Positions 19,476-28,957 of a DNA stretch of 64,000 nt are shown in pieces. The first letter of the stretch is position 1, and every line of letters starts with the position of its first letter. Source of the DNA: Candidatus Krumholzibacteriales bacterium (lineage in GTDB: Bacteria > Krumholzibacteriota > Krumholzibacteriia > Krumholzibacteriales > WJIX01); NCBI GenBank assembly GCA_046483305.1, contig JAWODM010000046.1:32001-96000 (forward strand), written 5' to 3'. Both the position numbers and the translations under genes were made by a program. The notes under the pieces were generated by a model. It searched no databases, was not told the DNA's origin, and saw only the letters and a list, made by a program, of their open reading frames with translations.

Positions 19476-19711
19476 CCGGAACCTCCGATGTGCCGCTCTA
19501 TATTTACATGGCAGTCTCTTATAGTGGAATTAACTTCCTGGTAGGGTCATAAAGTTATAATTAAATGATATAAATAAGGCTGAAACTTAAAACCTTCGAT
19601 GCAGCCGGCGCGTCTGTTATCCGGCCGGAAACTGCTGCAAATCAGAATCCTTACTAAATATGACATTAACTCACACTATCCGGTCCTCCGCCCGCCCGGT
19701 AAATCCCGTCA

Positions 19712-20668
19712 TTAATAAGAGAAACCGAGGGTTACTCTATGGCAGTCTCCCAGATGGTTAAGATCCTGCCAGGAATAATCAAACCTTATGTCGGATGTCT
19801 GGCTGGTGTCTATCCTGAACCCGACTCCCCACGCAATACCCTGAGAATCATAATTCAAATTGTACCCGCCCCTGACGAAGAAGAACTGATCAAAGGAATA
19901 CTCCATGCCCAGGTTGCCCCTCTCCGCGTTATCAGATGGATGGGAGAATTCTCCGGCTGCAATCAGGATATGGTCGCCCTTCCTGTAAGCGTCTACCTTG
20001 GCTCCTACCTTGAATACGGTGGGCATCTTGGATTCGCGCTCGTCGAATTTCACCTTGCTTCCCAGACTCTGAACAAGCATCCCCAGCTGAATCCCCCTCA
20101 AACCGATCCGGTAGAGAAGGCCGAAGTCGAGCGCGAAAGACTCCACACTCTTTTCGGCCAGGCCCATGTGAAGGAAATGCATGGTAATCCCGGAAGAGAA
20201 CTTATCGGTAAAATACATGGCGTAGGAGATTCCATAGGACTGATATCCGGCGTCGAACCATTCATTGGTTCCTTCCGGCCTGTGAACTGTCCTTACTATC
20301 TGCGGATCTATGGTTAATGCCCTGGCGGACACACCAATGGTTCCGGGAAGGTAAGGTGTCCTGAAAACGGAACCGGCAAAATAGAGGTCCACATCCGCCG
20401 GCCAGGTTACCGAATTCAATGTGACTTCGGTCCGGTCCAGCTCTACCATGCCTGCCGGGTTCCAGTACAGAGCCGAAGCATCATCCGCGATAGCGGTAAA
20501 GGCGCTTCCCATTCCGGTAGCTCTGGCCGAAACACCTATCTTCAGAAACTGAGCGGCATAAGTCCCGACTTTCTCGAAGGGGCTGGTTCCCGCTAATACC
20601 GATCCGGGGATAAAAACCGCCAGTGTCATAATTATTATGCCCTTGCGTATATAACCATTAACACGCAT
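19712..20668 (-). CDS. PorV/PorQ-family (FadL-like) outer-membrane beta-barrel
   Basis: AAQFLKIGVSARATGMGSAFTAIADDASALYWNPAGM, alternating beta strands, FVRGGY, terminal aromatic residue (LGFSY). Confidence 0.88.
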   Translation of the reverse strand: MRVNGYIRKGIIIMTLAVFIPGSVLAGTSPFEKVGTYAAQFLKIGVSARATGMGSAFTAIADDASALYWNPAGMVELDRTEVTLNSVTWPADVDLYFAGSVFRTPYLPGTIGVSARALTIDPQIVRTVHRPEGTNEWFDAGYQSYGISYAMYFTDKFSSGITMHFLHMGLAEKSVESFALDFGLLYRIGLRGIQLGMLVQSLGSKVKFDERESKMPTVFKVGAKVDAYRKGDHILIAAGEFSHPSDNAERGNLGMEYSFDQFFFVRGGYNLNYDSQGIAWGVGFRIDTSQTSDIRFDYSWQDLNHLGDCHRVTLGFSY

Positions 20669-20690
20669 TTAGTAACCTCCCAAAAGACAT

Positions 20691-23144
20691 CTATCTGATA
20701 ACTACAAACTTTCCAACAAAATTGCCATGATCATTCTTTACCGAAAACAGGTATATTCCGCTGGTCACTTCCTGTCCATTCCTGGAAACCAGGTCCCAGT
20801 AGTTAGAACCGCTGCTCCCGTCGTGTTCGATTACCTCCACCAGGTCGCCGGAGACGGTAAACACCCGGATAGTACTTCTGCACAACGGAAGATTCCTGAA
20901 CTCTATCTTGATTCCCGAGGGATCGTCCATGGTTTTACCCAGCTGCCATGGTTCCAGCGATTCCTTGGTCACCGGGTTGGGAACCACATAAATATCATGA
21001 GGTTCTTTTTCGCCAGTATCACACGATGTTCCCGATGATGTCGGCACTACCAGCCGGAAGTTGCTGGAAGCTTCCCCGAATTTGCCGGTGTTGTCGAAAG
21101 CCGTAACCGAGTAAAAGTACTGCGATCCGTTGAGAACTTCAGTATCAACATATTTATAATATCTTCTTCCACCCTCGAATCCCAGCCTGAACCTTGCCAG
21201 TGCCTCCAGGGTGTCGCACTCGGATTCAGAAAGCCCCGGCATGCATGGTACCGTGTCAAGGGGGTAATGGTATAGGTTTTCGGCAAAAATATCGATTAAC
21301 TCTTCCTTGCCCTCCAGATTTGCCAGAGGTTCGTATAACAGGCCGCCTTCTTCATAGGGCATTCTGTATTCATTATCATTTCCGTAACCGTTACTGTAAT
21401 CACGCTGTTCAATCAGTTTCCACAGTTCTTTTCCGGGGCCGCTGTCCTCGGTTGTCCCTATCGGCCTCTTCCATCCATCCGCCCTCCAGATTCTGAACCC
21501 CTCGAAATCCTTTTCCAGGGTACTCACATCCCTGGCCTCTTCGCTCAGATTGTTCCAATAAAGGGTAACCTTGCCGTCACCGGGGACGATTCTCATTTCA
21601 GGCGGGGGAGGCGCTGTTCCTACCAGCCAGGTAACATGGCCTTCTTTACCGTCCATGCCGGTCTTATAGCTATCCTCGTCAGCATCGCCCTTGGGGCAGG
21701 GCGCTTCCCAGAGCTCTCTCTCTTTCCCGCAATCCAGGTTGATCCAGAGGTATTCGTCCTTCATCGCGGATTCTTCGGTAAAGTCGCCATCGCAGGTGTC
21801 CGGGTCCATGGTTACCGGGCCGGGCACGGGAGTTTCCCTGCCTTTAACACCGGTCTGGGCATTCCCGTCCAGGTCGAACCAGTTTCCTTCGTACACTGAA
21901 GCCGCCTTGGCGGCGGTGGCCAGCATCCCTTCTCTGCCTTTTCCAATAGCCACCGCTACCTGGAGGGTTAGGGTGTCTCCAGGCATAAGCTCGTCAAAGG
22001 GGCCGGTGGACATCATAATCCTGTAATCTCTAGGGACATCCTGGTTCCTGTCATAATCATTGGCACTCATCAGGATGTAACGCTCAGAGTCATTGGAAGG
22101 GTCCCCGCCCTCTTCAAACGGCTGATCGCCGGAAAAGTTCTGGTAAGAGGTAAGGCCTACAACCGCCGGCGCGGTGATTCCCCGGGGATCGGTCTTATGC
22201 CCCAGGAATACGATTCCCAGATAACCTTCGGTCTCTCCGTCGTCGCCGTCCTTATCGAATACATAGGCGGCACTGACCCTCACCGGCCAGGGGACCGCTC
22301 CCTTCTCCGTACACTGGATACCCTGGTAAAAGCCTGTCGCATCGTCCCGCCAGTACCTCTCGGTCTCGAGATGCCCGGCGTCGCCGTCCGCGAAGAACCC
22401 GACATATACATTGTCCAGAGAGGATGACCCGCTATAATTAATAATGGTATAATCGATTCCCACAAAGTCATAGAATTCCTCATCCTCCCACTGGTAGCTT
22501 TCCTGATGCACGTACAGTCCCAGGGGGGCATGATCGGAATAGGTGTTCTTGGCGGCCTCCTGGTCATCAGTATATTCGCACGCAAACATCTGATTGCTTA
22601 TACCGGCAAAATCCTCGTCGATTCTGCCGTCCCCGTCGTCGTCGATTCCGTTCAGGGGATCCTCGTCGACCATTCCGTCCTTGTCGTCATCCGCGGGGCG
22701 GGGAAACCTGACTCCTCCGGTGGTATTACTGTTCGCTTCGTATATTATGTATATCTCATCAGGATCCTCGCTCCTGCCGGGAGGCTGAAACTCGGTTTCG
22801 TAAGCGCCCGTCGAAACCGCGGCTATGCCGCCCTTCTTTGCGCCTACCCACAATCCCGCGGTATACAGATACTCAACTCCGCTGTTTGCCGGCCATTGAG
22901 CGGAAGGGTAATCGCGTGTCGGCCAGTTGGAACCCGGACGCGAACCGAAACACCCCCAGTTGGTAACATGAAGCTGAAGATTCCCTACATTATGAATACC
23001 GGATCCGTCGAAGACAAAGACCTGCTCCATATCCTTGAGCTTACCGACCCAATCCTCATCCTTTTCTCTGGCATCCGCAATATCTGTAACCAGGGAACAG
23101 ATCATCAGAAACGCTGTTCCCAGTAGTATTAATCTTCGAATCAT
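20691..23144 (-). CDS. 817-aa secreted protein with T9SS-like C-terminal domain (paralog B)
   Basis: Same length and motifs as 17022-19475 and colinear with it. Ends SGIYLFSVKNDHGNFVGKFVVIR. Confidence 0.82.
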   Translation of the reverse strand: MIRRLILLGTAFLMICSLVTDIADAREKDEDWVGKLKDMEQVFVFDGSGIHNVGNLQLHVTNWGCFGSRPGSNWPTRDYPSAQWPANSGVEYLYTAGLWVGAKKGGIAAVSTGAYETEFQPPGRSEDPDEIYIIYEANSNTTGGVRFPRPADDDKDGMVDEDPLNGIDDDGDGRIDEDFAGISNQMFACEYTDDQEAAKNTYSDHAPLGLYVHQESYQWEDEEFYDFVGIDYTIINYSGSSSLDNVYVGFFADGDAGHLETERYWRDDATGFYQGIQCTEKGAVPWPVRVSAAYVFDKDGDDGETEGYLGIVFLGHKTDPRGITAPAVVGLTSYQNFSGDQPFEEGGDPSNDSERYILMSANDYDRNQDVPRDYRIMMSTGPFDELMPGDTLTLQVAVAIGKGREGMLATAAKAASVYEGNWFDLDGNAQTGVKGRETPVPGPVTMDPDTCDGDFTEESAMKDEYLWINLDCGKERELWEAPCPKGDADEDSYKTGMDGKEGHVTWLVGTAPPPPEMRIVPGDGKVTLYWNNLSEEARDVSTLEKDFEGFRIWRADGWKRPIGTTEDSGPGKELWKLIEQRDYSNGYGNDNEYRMPYEEGGLLYEPLANLEGKEELIDIFAENLYHYPLDTVPCMPGLSESECDTLEALARFRLGFEGGRRYYKYVDTEVLNGSQYFYSVTAFDNTGKFGEASSNFRLVVPTSSGTSCDTGEKEPHDIYVVPNPVTKESLEPWQLGKTMDDPSGIKIEFRNLPLCRSTIRVFTVSGDLVEVIEHDGSSGSNYWDLVSRNGQEVTSGIYLFSVKNDHGNFVGKFVVIR

Positions 23145-23170
23145 CCGGAACCTCCAAAATATTCTGGACT

Positions 23171-26100
23171 CTAAAATTCAAACCCGAAACCGACACGCCA
23201 CTCCCTGCGCCGCCCCCATACTGTCGGATCGTTTACGGGGTTGAAATCCTCCAATCCGTCATCGTCAATATCCTGTAAATAAGCTCCCCCGGCCTGCCCG
23301 GTTTCGGTGTAATAAGCTCCGCCGTCCATGGTTGCGTTGACCATGCCGGGGAATACCCCGGGGGCGATTATATTGAGAATATCCTCATCCAGCAGATTCC
23401 TTCCCTCGAAGTAGAGGGTCAGCTCCTGCCCGTAAATATCAAACTTTTTTCTGCCCTGTAAATTCAGCATATGGGTTTCGTCTTTTCTTTCCGAGTTCTC
23501 ATCCAGGGGATCCTGCTTCCTGGCGAACCTGTCATAGGGAGTCCAGGGCAGGCCGCTTCCGAAGGAATACACGAAAGTGGCGCCCCAGTTATTCTCGTCC
23601 GTCAGGGTCATCCTCAGGTTCAGAGTATGCCTCTGATCCCAGTTTAGGGGCATCTCCTGGGTGGGCAGATGGGAAAGGCCTTCCGCCGTGACCCCGTAGT
23701 TCGAGTCGGAAGCCACTCCGTCGGCAAATGAATATGTATATGATATTTCTCCCCCTACATGATTGCTCATCCTCTTGGTCAGGCTCAGCTCCAGGCCCCT
23801 GGAACTGGCGTAAGACCTGTTGATGTAACGGAATCCGGTCAGCCCCGTATCCTCGTCGGTAACCCTTGTAGAGGATACCAGGCCGTAAATATCCTTGTTG
23901 AAGACCACTACCTCTCCCGCTACCGTCCGGGTGAACTGGTGAGAAACTCCCGCCTGATAGGAAACGGTGAGCTCTTCGTCAAGATTCGGATTGCCCAGCG
24001 TTCCCGCCCCGGATATCATATCCTGGGAGTTGAACAGGTACGCCCTGGAGGGCCACTGAGTAAACCTTCCGTAATGGAAGTGGAACTTATCCTTGTCTGT
24101 TATCGGGAAAGCAAATCCCAGCCTGGGGCTCATCTGCAGCTTGAACTTTTCAACGGTAGTGTCGATTTCGCCGCTGACAATCTCGATATCGGTGGAGTTG
24201 CCGGGGGAGAAGAAATCAAGCCTTATACCGGCATTGACCACGATACCGCGGTATTCCCATTTATCCTGGATATAGAAAGATCCTTCCGGGTTGAAGTTGT
24301 GGAAGTCCTGTTTGCTGGCTCCCTGCATGTAACTTCCGTCGTCGAACCTTCTAAGGCTGGCCGGGTAGAAGAGAATAAAATCGTCCAGGTTGTTATACAG
24401 GAACTGAACTCCGGTTTTGGCCTCGTGCCCTTTCCACTTCGTGCAGGTGAAGTCGCCTTTTATGGTGTAAACCGTAACATCCCTGTTCATGTAATAGGGC
24501 GAGTCGTAAGAAGCCGTAACCAGATAAGGATTATCGGGATCGGTATACCAGACCGTATTGGAGACACCGTTGAATTCGAACGAGCCCCCGGGCATTACCA
24601 CGGGCCTTCCCCCGGTGGTAAACTCTTCGGGATCCTTGCCGTTGACGGTATTATAGGTATTAAAGGTCGCCCGGCTGAAATTAACGGTGTAAAGCATATT
24701 TTCCGAAATATTATGTTTCAAACCGAACTTGAGATGGAGATTCTCGTTCTCCCTGGTATTCTGGTTTTCCGCTGAGTTTATTTCAACGAACGAGGAATCA
24801 TCCCTGAAATAGCTGAATTTCGAATCGGGGTTCCTGAAACCTTCGAACAGCTGTTTGCTCTGGTAGGCCTCCAGCTCGCCCTGCTGGTCCAGGACCGCCT
24901 CATCCCATATGATTTCAACTTCGTTGCCGTAAACGTCGTTGATCCTTCTCGCATAGAAGTTATTATAGGTGACAATATGCCGCTCAATGCCGGTGGAGAG
25001 ATCTCCCACATTCACCTCTTCAAAGACCCTGACCGGATAAAGGACTCCTCTCTGGTCCTCGGGCTCCGGGGGGTATTCCGACACCCTGGGAAGTTCTTCA
25101 TCAACCCAGGGGCCGTGATATACACTGACCGTCCAGTTGAATTCGTAAGCGTCCTGGGCTTCTATCCCCTCTATCGAACTCGGCTTGAGGCTCATGAAAC
25201 GGTAAACCTTCTGCACGTATCCCTGCACATCCCAGTTGAGCGCGTACCCTCCCCGATACATATTAACCCTGGAGTGGGTATAGATAGCTTCACCGATCAG
25301 TTTAAGGTTTGGGGTAGCCTTGTAGGCCAGTTTGCCCTGAATATTATAATTGTGATACGCCCTGTCGGTGAACTTGAACAGGCCGTTCCAGAAAGTATGT
25401 TCTTCCCGTTCCTGGGTGGCCCAGTGTTCGCCGTCATCTAAAGTCAGCTGGCCGGACAGGTAGAAGGTCAGATCCTTGAGGGGAGTAGGGCCTCCAAATC
25501 CGATACTCAACCTGTCGTAATTAGTATATGTCTTGTCTTTTCTGCCGAAGTCATTGGTCATGAAACGGACCTGGCCCTTGTAGACCGGCCCACCCTCTCT
25601 GGTGGAGACATCTACCACCGCCGACTGGGCGTTACCGTACTCGGCGTCCATGCCCCCTGTAATAATCCTACTGTCCGATGCCCCCAGCATGCCGACGCTG
25701 ATAGATCCGCCCCCCAGGGGGTCGTTAACGGGAACACCGTCAATCAGGTAAGTTACCTCGCCGCTTCGCCCGCCACGGACGTGAAGTTCGTCGCCGGTTT
25801 TCACAATACCGCTTTTAAGCGCCAGGGCTTCCTCAATGTTATCAACCGGAAGTTCCTCCAGCTCATCTCCTGATACCGCGTGGCTCACATCACTGCTCTT
25901 TACATCAACCATTTTTCTCTTGGCGGTAACATCGATGACTTCTGTCTGTGCCACGATGGTTTCTTCAAGCTCAAATTCGACCCTGAGGGTCTGCCCGGCC
26001 TTCAGAGTGATCTTTTTCTCCTGCTCCTTGTACCCCATCATCATTACCTTGATGGTATGGGTGCCCGGTGGAACCTTCTTGATCCTGAAGGTACCGTCAG

Positions 26101-26293
26101 CCATACTCATACTACCCATCCCCTCACCAATAACAACATTGGCGTAGGCAAGCGGAGCGCCGTTTTCCCTGGCCACCACCTTGCCTACTACAGTTCCCTC
26201 CTGAGCAATCGCGGATGAAGTTGAAAAAGCCAGTATTATAATAAACAGTATAGATATTTTAAATAACCCTGAAGTATGGGAGCGGGTATTCAT
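23171..26293 (-). CDS. TonB-dependent receptor with N-terminal carboxypeptidase-regulatory-like domain
   Basis: Signal peptide, GTVVGKV...PLAYANV, plug LHVRGGRSGEVTYLIDGVPV, MSPRLGFAFPI, GNPNLDEE, C-terminal RVGFGFEF. Start placed at MNTRS after AAGGAG. Confidence 0.92.
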   Translation of the reverse strand: MNTRSHTSGLFKISILFIIILAFSTSSAIAQEGTVVGKVVARENGAPLAYANVVIGEGMGSMSMADGTFRIKKVPPGTHTIKVMMMGYKEQEKKITLKAGQTLRVEFELEETIVAQTEVIDVTAKRKMVDVKSSDVSHAVSGDELEELPVDNIEEALALKSGIVKTGDELHVRGGRSGEVTYLIDGVPVNDPLGGGSISVGMLGASDSRIITGGMDAEYGNAQSAVVDVSTREGGPVYKGQVRFMTNDFGRKDKTYTNYDRLSIGFGGPTPLKDLTFYLSGQLTLDDGEHWATQEREEHTFWNGLFKFTDRAYHNYNIQGKLAYKATPNLKLIGEAIYTHSRVNMYRGGYALNWDVQGYVQKVYRFMSLKPSSIEGIEAQDAYEFNWTVSVYHGPWVDEELPRVSEYPPEPEDQRGVLYPVRVFEEVNVGDLSTGIERHIVTYNNFYARRINDVYGNEVEIIWDEAVLDQQGELEAYQSKQLFEGFRNPDSKFSYFRDDSSFVEINSAENQNTRENENLHLKFGLKHNISENMLYTVNFSRATFNTYNTVNGKDPEEFTTGGRPVVMPGGSFEFNGVSNTVWYTDPDNPYLVTASYDSPYYMNRDVTVYTIKGDFTCTKWKGHEAKTGVQFLYNNLDDFILFYPASLRRFDDGSYMQGASKQDFHNFNPEGSFYIQDKWEYRGIVVNAGIRLDFFSPGNSTDIEIVSGEIDTTVEKFKLQMSPRLGFAFPITDKDKFHFHYGRFTQWPSRAYLFNSQDMISGAGTLGNPNLDEELTVSYQAGVSHQFTRTVAGEVVVFNKDIYGLVSSTRVTDEDTGLTGFRYINRSYASSRGLELSLTKRMSNHVGGEISYTYSFADGVASDSNYGVTAEGLSHLPTQEMPLNWDQRHTLNLRMTLTDENNWGATFVYSFGSGLPWTPYDRFARKQDPLDENSERKDETHMLNLQGRKKFDIYGQELTLYFEGRNLLDEDILNIIAPGVFPGMVNATMDGGAYYTETGQAGGAYLQDIDDDGLEDFNPVNDPTVWGRRREWRVGFGFEF

Positions 26294-26418
26294 TATGAAA
26301 CTCCTTACCTTGGTATTCCTGACAATCTGCCTACAATCCGATTTCTTCAATATTCTATTCCATCTTTGGAGAATCTGTCAGGTGTGGTCTCCAGCTCTCC
26401 TGTTTACCCAACATCGTT

Positions 26419-26447
26419 AATATAATTAGCTCAATTCCCTGTGTCAA
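26419..26447 (-). promoter_or_regulatory. Sigma70 promoter for the TBDR-PorV operon
   Basis: TTGACA (26447-26442), 17 bp, TATATT (26424-26419). Confidence 0.75.
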
Positions 26448-26565
26448 TCACCATATTTGACAACTTTTCATTTTAATAAATAAATAGATTTGAAGAGAAA
26501 AATCAATACCCGGAGAGTGAAAATCAGGTTATCAGAGCTCCTGGGCGGACCGGCCCGAACCGGCA

Positions 26566-26590
26566 GCTTCCCGGCATGCCGGCGGGAAGC
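26566..26590 (-). terminator. GC-rich hairpin directly after the last V-ATPase gene
   Basis: GCTTCCCG...CGGGAAGC stem 2 nt past the subunit D stop. No U-tract, so it may be a stabilising hairpin instead. Confidence 0.4.
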
Positions 26591-26592
26591 AA

Positions 26593-27207
26593 CTACTGAA
26601 CCATATCCTTGATCTTCATCAGGCGGGTCTGGTTGGACCTCTCGTTTTCGCTGAGCTTTCTCTCTATGCTGTTGATAGTCTCTTCCAGATCCGGTATCAG
26701 TACGTATTCCAGCGCGTTAACCCTGCGCCTGGTTCTTTCCAGCTCATCCGCCATCCTCAGCAGGGCATTCTCCCTGGAGGCAAGGTCAAGGAGCGATGGG
26801 AAAATATCATAAAGGTCCTCAAAGGCCCCATCCAGCCCCGGCGACGAAGATGAAAATCTGTATGAAGGGGGAGAGTCAGGGAATGTTGCCCGGTAGACCG
26901 GAATCCTTATTCCCATCTCATATCTGCTGCCAGCCTCCAGTTCTCCCTCCGCCCCGCTGAGTTCAAGAGCGTCGGTAACAGCCTGTGTCTCTGAAAAGAT
27001 CCGGGAACGGATGTACCTGTCATTTATGGAAAGGAGCTCCTCTTCGACCTTGCTCCTCAAACGATTTGCTTCCCCGATCAGGCCGAAGAAATTCTGCATC
27101 AGCTTCTCCTGCTTGTTCTTCAGGAGCTTATGGCCCCTCCTGGCAAGCTCCAGCCTGCGGCGGAGGCGGATCAGAGTCATTCTGTTCGGATTATATTTCT
27201 TCTTCAA
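26593..27207 (-). CDS. ntpD: V/A-type ATP synthase subunit D
   Basis: ARRGHKLLKNK, ELERTRRRVNALEYVLIP, RLMKIK. Confidence 0.95.
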   Translation of the reverse strand: MKKKYNPNRMTLIRLRRRLELARRGHKLLKNKQEKLMQNFFGLIGEANRLRSKVEEELLSINDRYIRSRIFSETQAVTDALELSGAEGELEAGSRYEMGIRIPVYRATFPDSPPSYRFSSSSPGLDGAFEDLYDIFPSLLDLASRENALLRMADELERTRRRVNALEYVLIPDLEETINSIERKLSENERSNQTRLMKIKDMVQ

Positions 27208-27398
27208 TCCTGCTCTCCCTGCCGTCTGCGGGGTTTTTCCCTATTCCTGACGAATCTTCTCTTACTGGCATTTCCAGCATATTTCTCTTACCGTTCTGAT
27301 TCCCTTCCATCGTCTCCGCTGCCGGAGCCCACCTTTCCTCTTTTCCTGTCCCCCATCACCATCCGTTTGCCCCTGCTCACCTGAAATCCAACTCCGCC

Positions 27399-28859
27399 CT
27401 ACTCCCCACCCCTCTCCGCCTTCTCTCTTCCCTCTTCCCATTCCGCTTCGCTCTTCTCCACCTCCGAACTGCTCGCGGGAAGGTACTTCTCTATGAATTC
27501 ATCCTTAATCCGTTTGATCTCGGTTCTCGGCACTTTGTTCAAAAGCTCCCACCCGGCGTTGAGAGTATCCTCTATGGAACGGTTCTCATCTATTTTCTGG
27601 CCCACGAAGGTTCTCTCGAAATTCTCCCCGAAAGCCATGAACGCCCTGTCGGTCTCGGTCAGGGCCGCCTCTCCCAATACCACCGCCAGCTCCTCAACCT
27701 CCTTGCTCCTGGCGTAGGAGGAGAACAGCTGATTGGCCAGCTCGGCGTGATCCTCTCTGGTCCTTCCTTCGCCGATACCCTTGTCCCTCAGCCTGGACAG
27801 GCTGGGAAGCACGTTAATAGGAGGATAGATGCCCTTGTGCTGAAGGTTCCGGTCCAGTATTATCTGTCCCTCGGTGATATACCCGGTGAGGTCGGGGATC
27901 GGATGAGTCTTGTCGTCATCAGGCATGGAAAGAACCGGGATCTGAGTTATGGAACCTTCCCGGACCTCCCCCTCCTTCTCCCCCTTGAGAAGCCCCGCCC
28001 TTTCGTAAAGGGTAGCCAGGTCGGTATAGAGGTAACCGGGATAACCTCTTCTTCCCGGTATCTCTTTTCTCGCCACCGACACTTCTCTCAGGGCCTCGCA
28101 GTAATTGGTCATATCGGTCATTATAACCAGTACATGCATCTCTCTCTCGAAGGCAAGGTATTCAGCGGCGGTCAAGGCCGCTCTGGGAGTCGAAATCCTC
28201 TCAACGGTGGGATCGTTCGCAAGGTTTATGAAGAGGACTACCCTTTCCATGGCCCCTGTTTCCTGGAAATCGGTTATGAAGTAGTTCGCTTCCTCGAAGG
28301 TAATACCCATCGCCGCGAACACAATTGCGAACGCGCTCTCGGCGCCGGGCACGGTCGCCTGCCTGGCAATCTGAGCGGCCAGTTCCGAATGGGGCAGTCC
28401 GAATCCGGAAAAGATAGGTAGCTTCTGCCCTCTCACCAGGGTGTTGAGGCCGTCGATAGCCGAGATACCGGTCTGGATGAATTCCTTCGGGTATATTCTG
28501 GCATAAGGATTAATGGGGCTGCCGTTGATATCGACTCTCTTTTCCGGAATGATCTTCGGGCCGTTATCGATGGGGATGCCCAGCCCGTTGAAGACCCTGC
28601 CCAGAATATCCGGGGATACTGAAAGCTCCAGCCCCTTCCCCAGAAACCTTACCCTGGTCTTATCCACATCCACATCATGGGTCCCCTCGAAGAGCTGGAT
28701 CAGCACCTTGTCCCGATCAACCTCCAGAACCTTTCCCCTTCTCTGTTCACCGCTCGGAAGCTCCACTTCAACCAATTCTTCGTAGGAAGCATTCTCCACC
28801 TGGTCCATCATAATCAGGGGGCCCACTATTTCGGTTATGGTATTGTATTCAGTAACCAT
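27399..28859 (-). CDS. ntpB: V/A-type ATP synthase subunit B
   Basis: [47 protein letters not shown]. Confidence 0.97.
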   Translation of the reverse strand: MVTEYNTITEIVGPLIMMDQVENASYEELVEVELPSGEQRRGKVLEVDRDKVLIQLFEGTHDVDVDKTRVRFLGKGLELSVSPDILGRVFNGLGIPIDNGPKIIPEKRVDINGSPINPYARIYPKEFIQTGISAIDGLNTLVRGQKLPIFSGFGLPHSELAAQIARQATVPGAESAFAIVFAAMGITFEEANYFITDFQETGAMERVVLFINLANDPTVERISTPRAALTAAEYLAFEREMHVLVIMTDMTNYCEALREVSVARKEIPGRRGYPGYLYTDLATLYERAGLLKGEKEGEVREGSITQIPVLSMPDDDKTHPIPDLTGYITEGQIILDRNLQHKGIYPPINVLPSLSRLRDKGIGEGRTREDHAELANQLFSSYARSKEVEELAVVLGEAALTETDRAFMAFGENFERTFVGQKIDENRSIEDTLNAGWELLNKVPRTEIKRIKDEFIEKYLPASSSEVEKSEAEWEEGREKAERGGE

Positions 28860-28957
28860 TAATATTCCCTCTTTCCATCTATGAGCTCAAATACCGACTT
28901 CCCGTCCCGGCCGGATCTATTATCAGGCGGGAGCAATCCAAGAATATTTATTCTTTC

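Larger units (their letters stand above)
17022..23156 (-). repeat. Direct gene duplication: two 2454-nt copies offset by 3669 nt
   Basis: Long identical peptide blocks and a shared upstream GGAGGTTCCGG-ATG ribosome-binding context. Confidence 0.9.

Noticed and set aside
19476..19711. ncRNA between the PorV gene and paralog A
   Set aside because: It has only an AT-rich tract and weak GC stems, which fit an internal promoter or terminator region better. No RNA family is recognisable.
17022..23144. Possible diversity-generating retroelement (template/variable repeat pair)
   Set aside because: No reverse transcriptase is present. The repeat covers whole genes, and the differences are not confined to adenines.
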